NCBI GenBank assembly: GCA_034780895.1
Contig: JAUZTB010000127.1
Location: 74,581,254-74,645,253, forward strand
Source: Rhynchobatus australiae
Lineage: Eukaryota
Reading direction: 5' to 3'
DNA: 64,000 nucleotides
The notes under the pieces are model-generated. The model saw only the letters and a program-made list of their open reading frames with translations, had not been told where the DNA came from and did not search any database. Positions 63,577 to 64,000 of the stretch are shown here, piece by piece. Positions within the stretch are counted from its first letter, which is position 1. Each line of letters begins with the position of its first letter. The position numbers and the translations under genes were made by a program.

Positions 63577-64000
63577 GACAAGATCAGAATGCCTGGTTTA
63601 AGTATAAAAACTAAAAAAAAATTTCAAGAAAAAATGAGAATCTTCAATTATGTAGATAAACTGAAGAAGACCGGTGTATTGAAAGAGGTTGAAAATCTTC
63701 ATGAATCTAATCAAAGAGAATGAAAAGAAACTCACTTGAGAACCAATGAATGCAGATTTAAATGGATTCACAACAGCACTAAAGATGTCATGAGGAAACT
63801 CTTTCTCATGCACCAAGTGACCATGATCTGGAATTAACTGCCTAAACGTGTGGTGGGAGCATTTTGTGAAGCGGCTTGGAGGTCAAAGTGCTGCTATTGA
63901 AGTCAAAGTGCAGGAATTAGGCAAGCAGTGCCTTTTCAAAAAGCCACTGTAGGTTTGATGGGCTAAATTATCTCTTCCTAAACTGTAATTAAATCTATGA
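63577..64000 (+). mobile_element. Decayed CR1 3' fragment
   Basis: gaggaaactctttctcatgcaccaagtgaccatgatctggaattaactgcc and gatgggctaaattatctcttcc. Confidence 0.6.

Overview
AT-rich, CpG-poor, repeat-dense vertebrate genomic DNA from a gappy draft assembly (roughly 30 N-gaps). The repeat repertoire (HE1-type V-SINEs, SacSINE1/Deu-type SINEs, HER1-like CR1 LINEs, Rex1/Babar, RTE, Penelope-like elements) points to a cartilaginous fish, probably a batoid; this is an inference from recalled repeat consensus sequences, not a database search. I found no intact, recognisable host protein-coding gene, tRNA, rRNA or CRISPR array, so the window looks intronic or intergenic. Every recognisable translated motif is a decayed retroelement (RT, APE, SGNH esterase, GIY-YIG, RTE C-terminal zinc finger). 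The best leads are: a ~1 kb module at 56.3-57.3 kb bounded by 60-bp direct repeats and containing a 51-bp-arm inverted repeat plus an exon-like segment; a near-perfect 38-bp-stem hairpin at 40.8 kb; a CR1 derivative whose 5'UTR+ORF1 is fused directly to the 3' tail; decayed hammerhead-ribozyme cores in Penelope-like tails; a Tigger-like MITE carrying a CpG-rich 32-bp tandem array; a Gypsy-type solo LTR with intact promoter motifs; and several orphan splice-flanked segments. None of these is strong evidence of a new biological system. Boundaries of old repeats are approximate (tens of bp).
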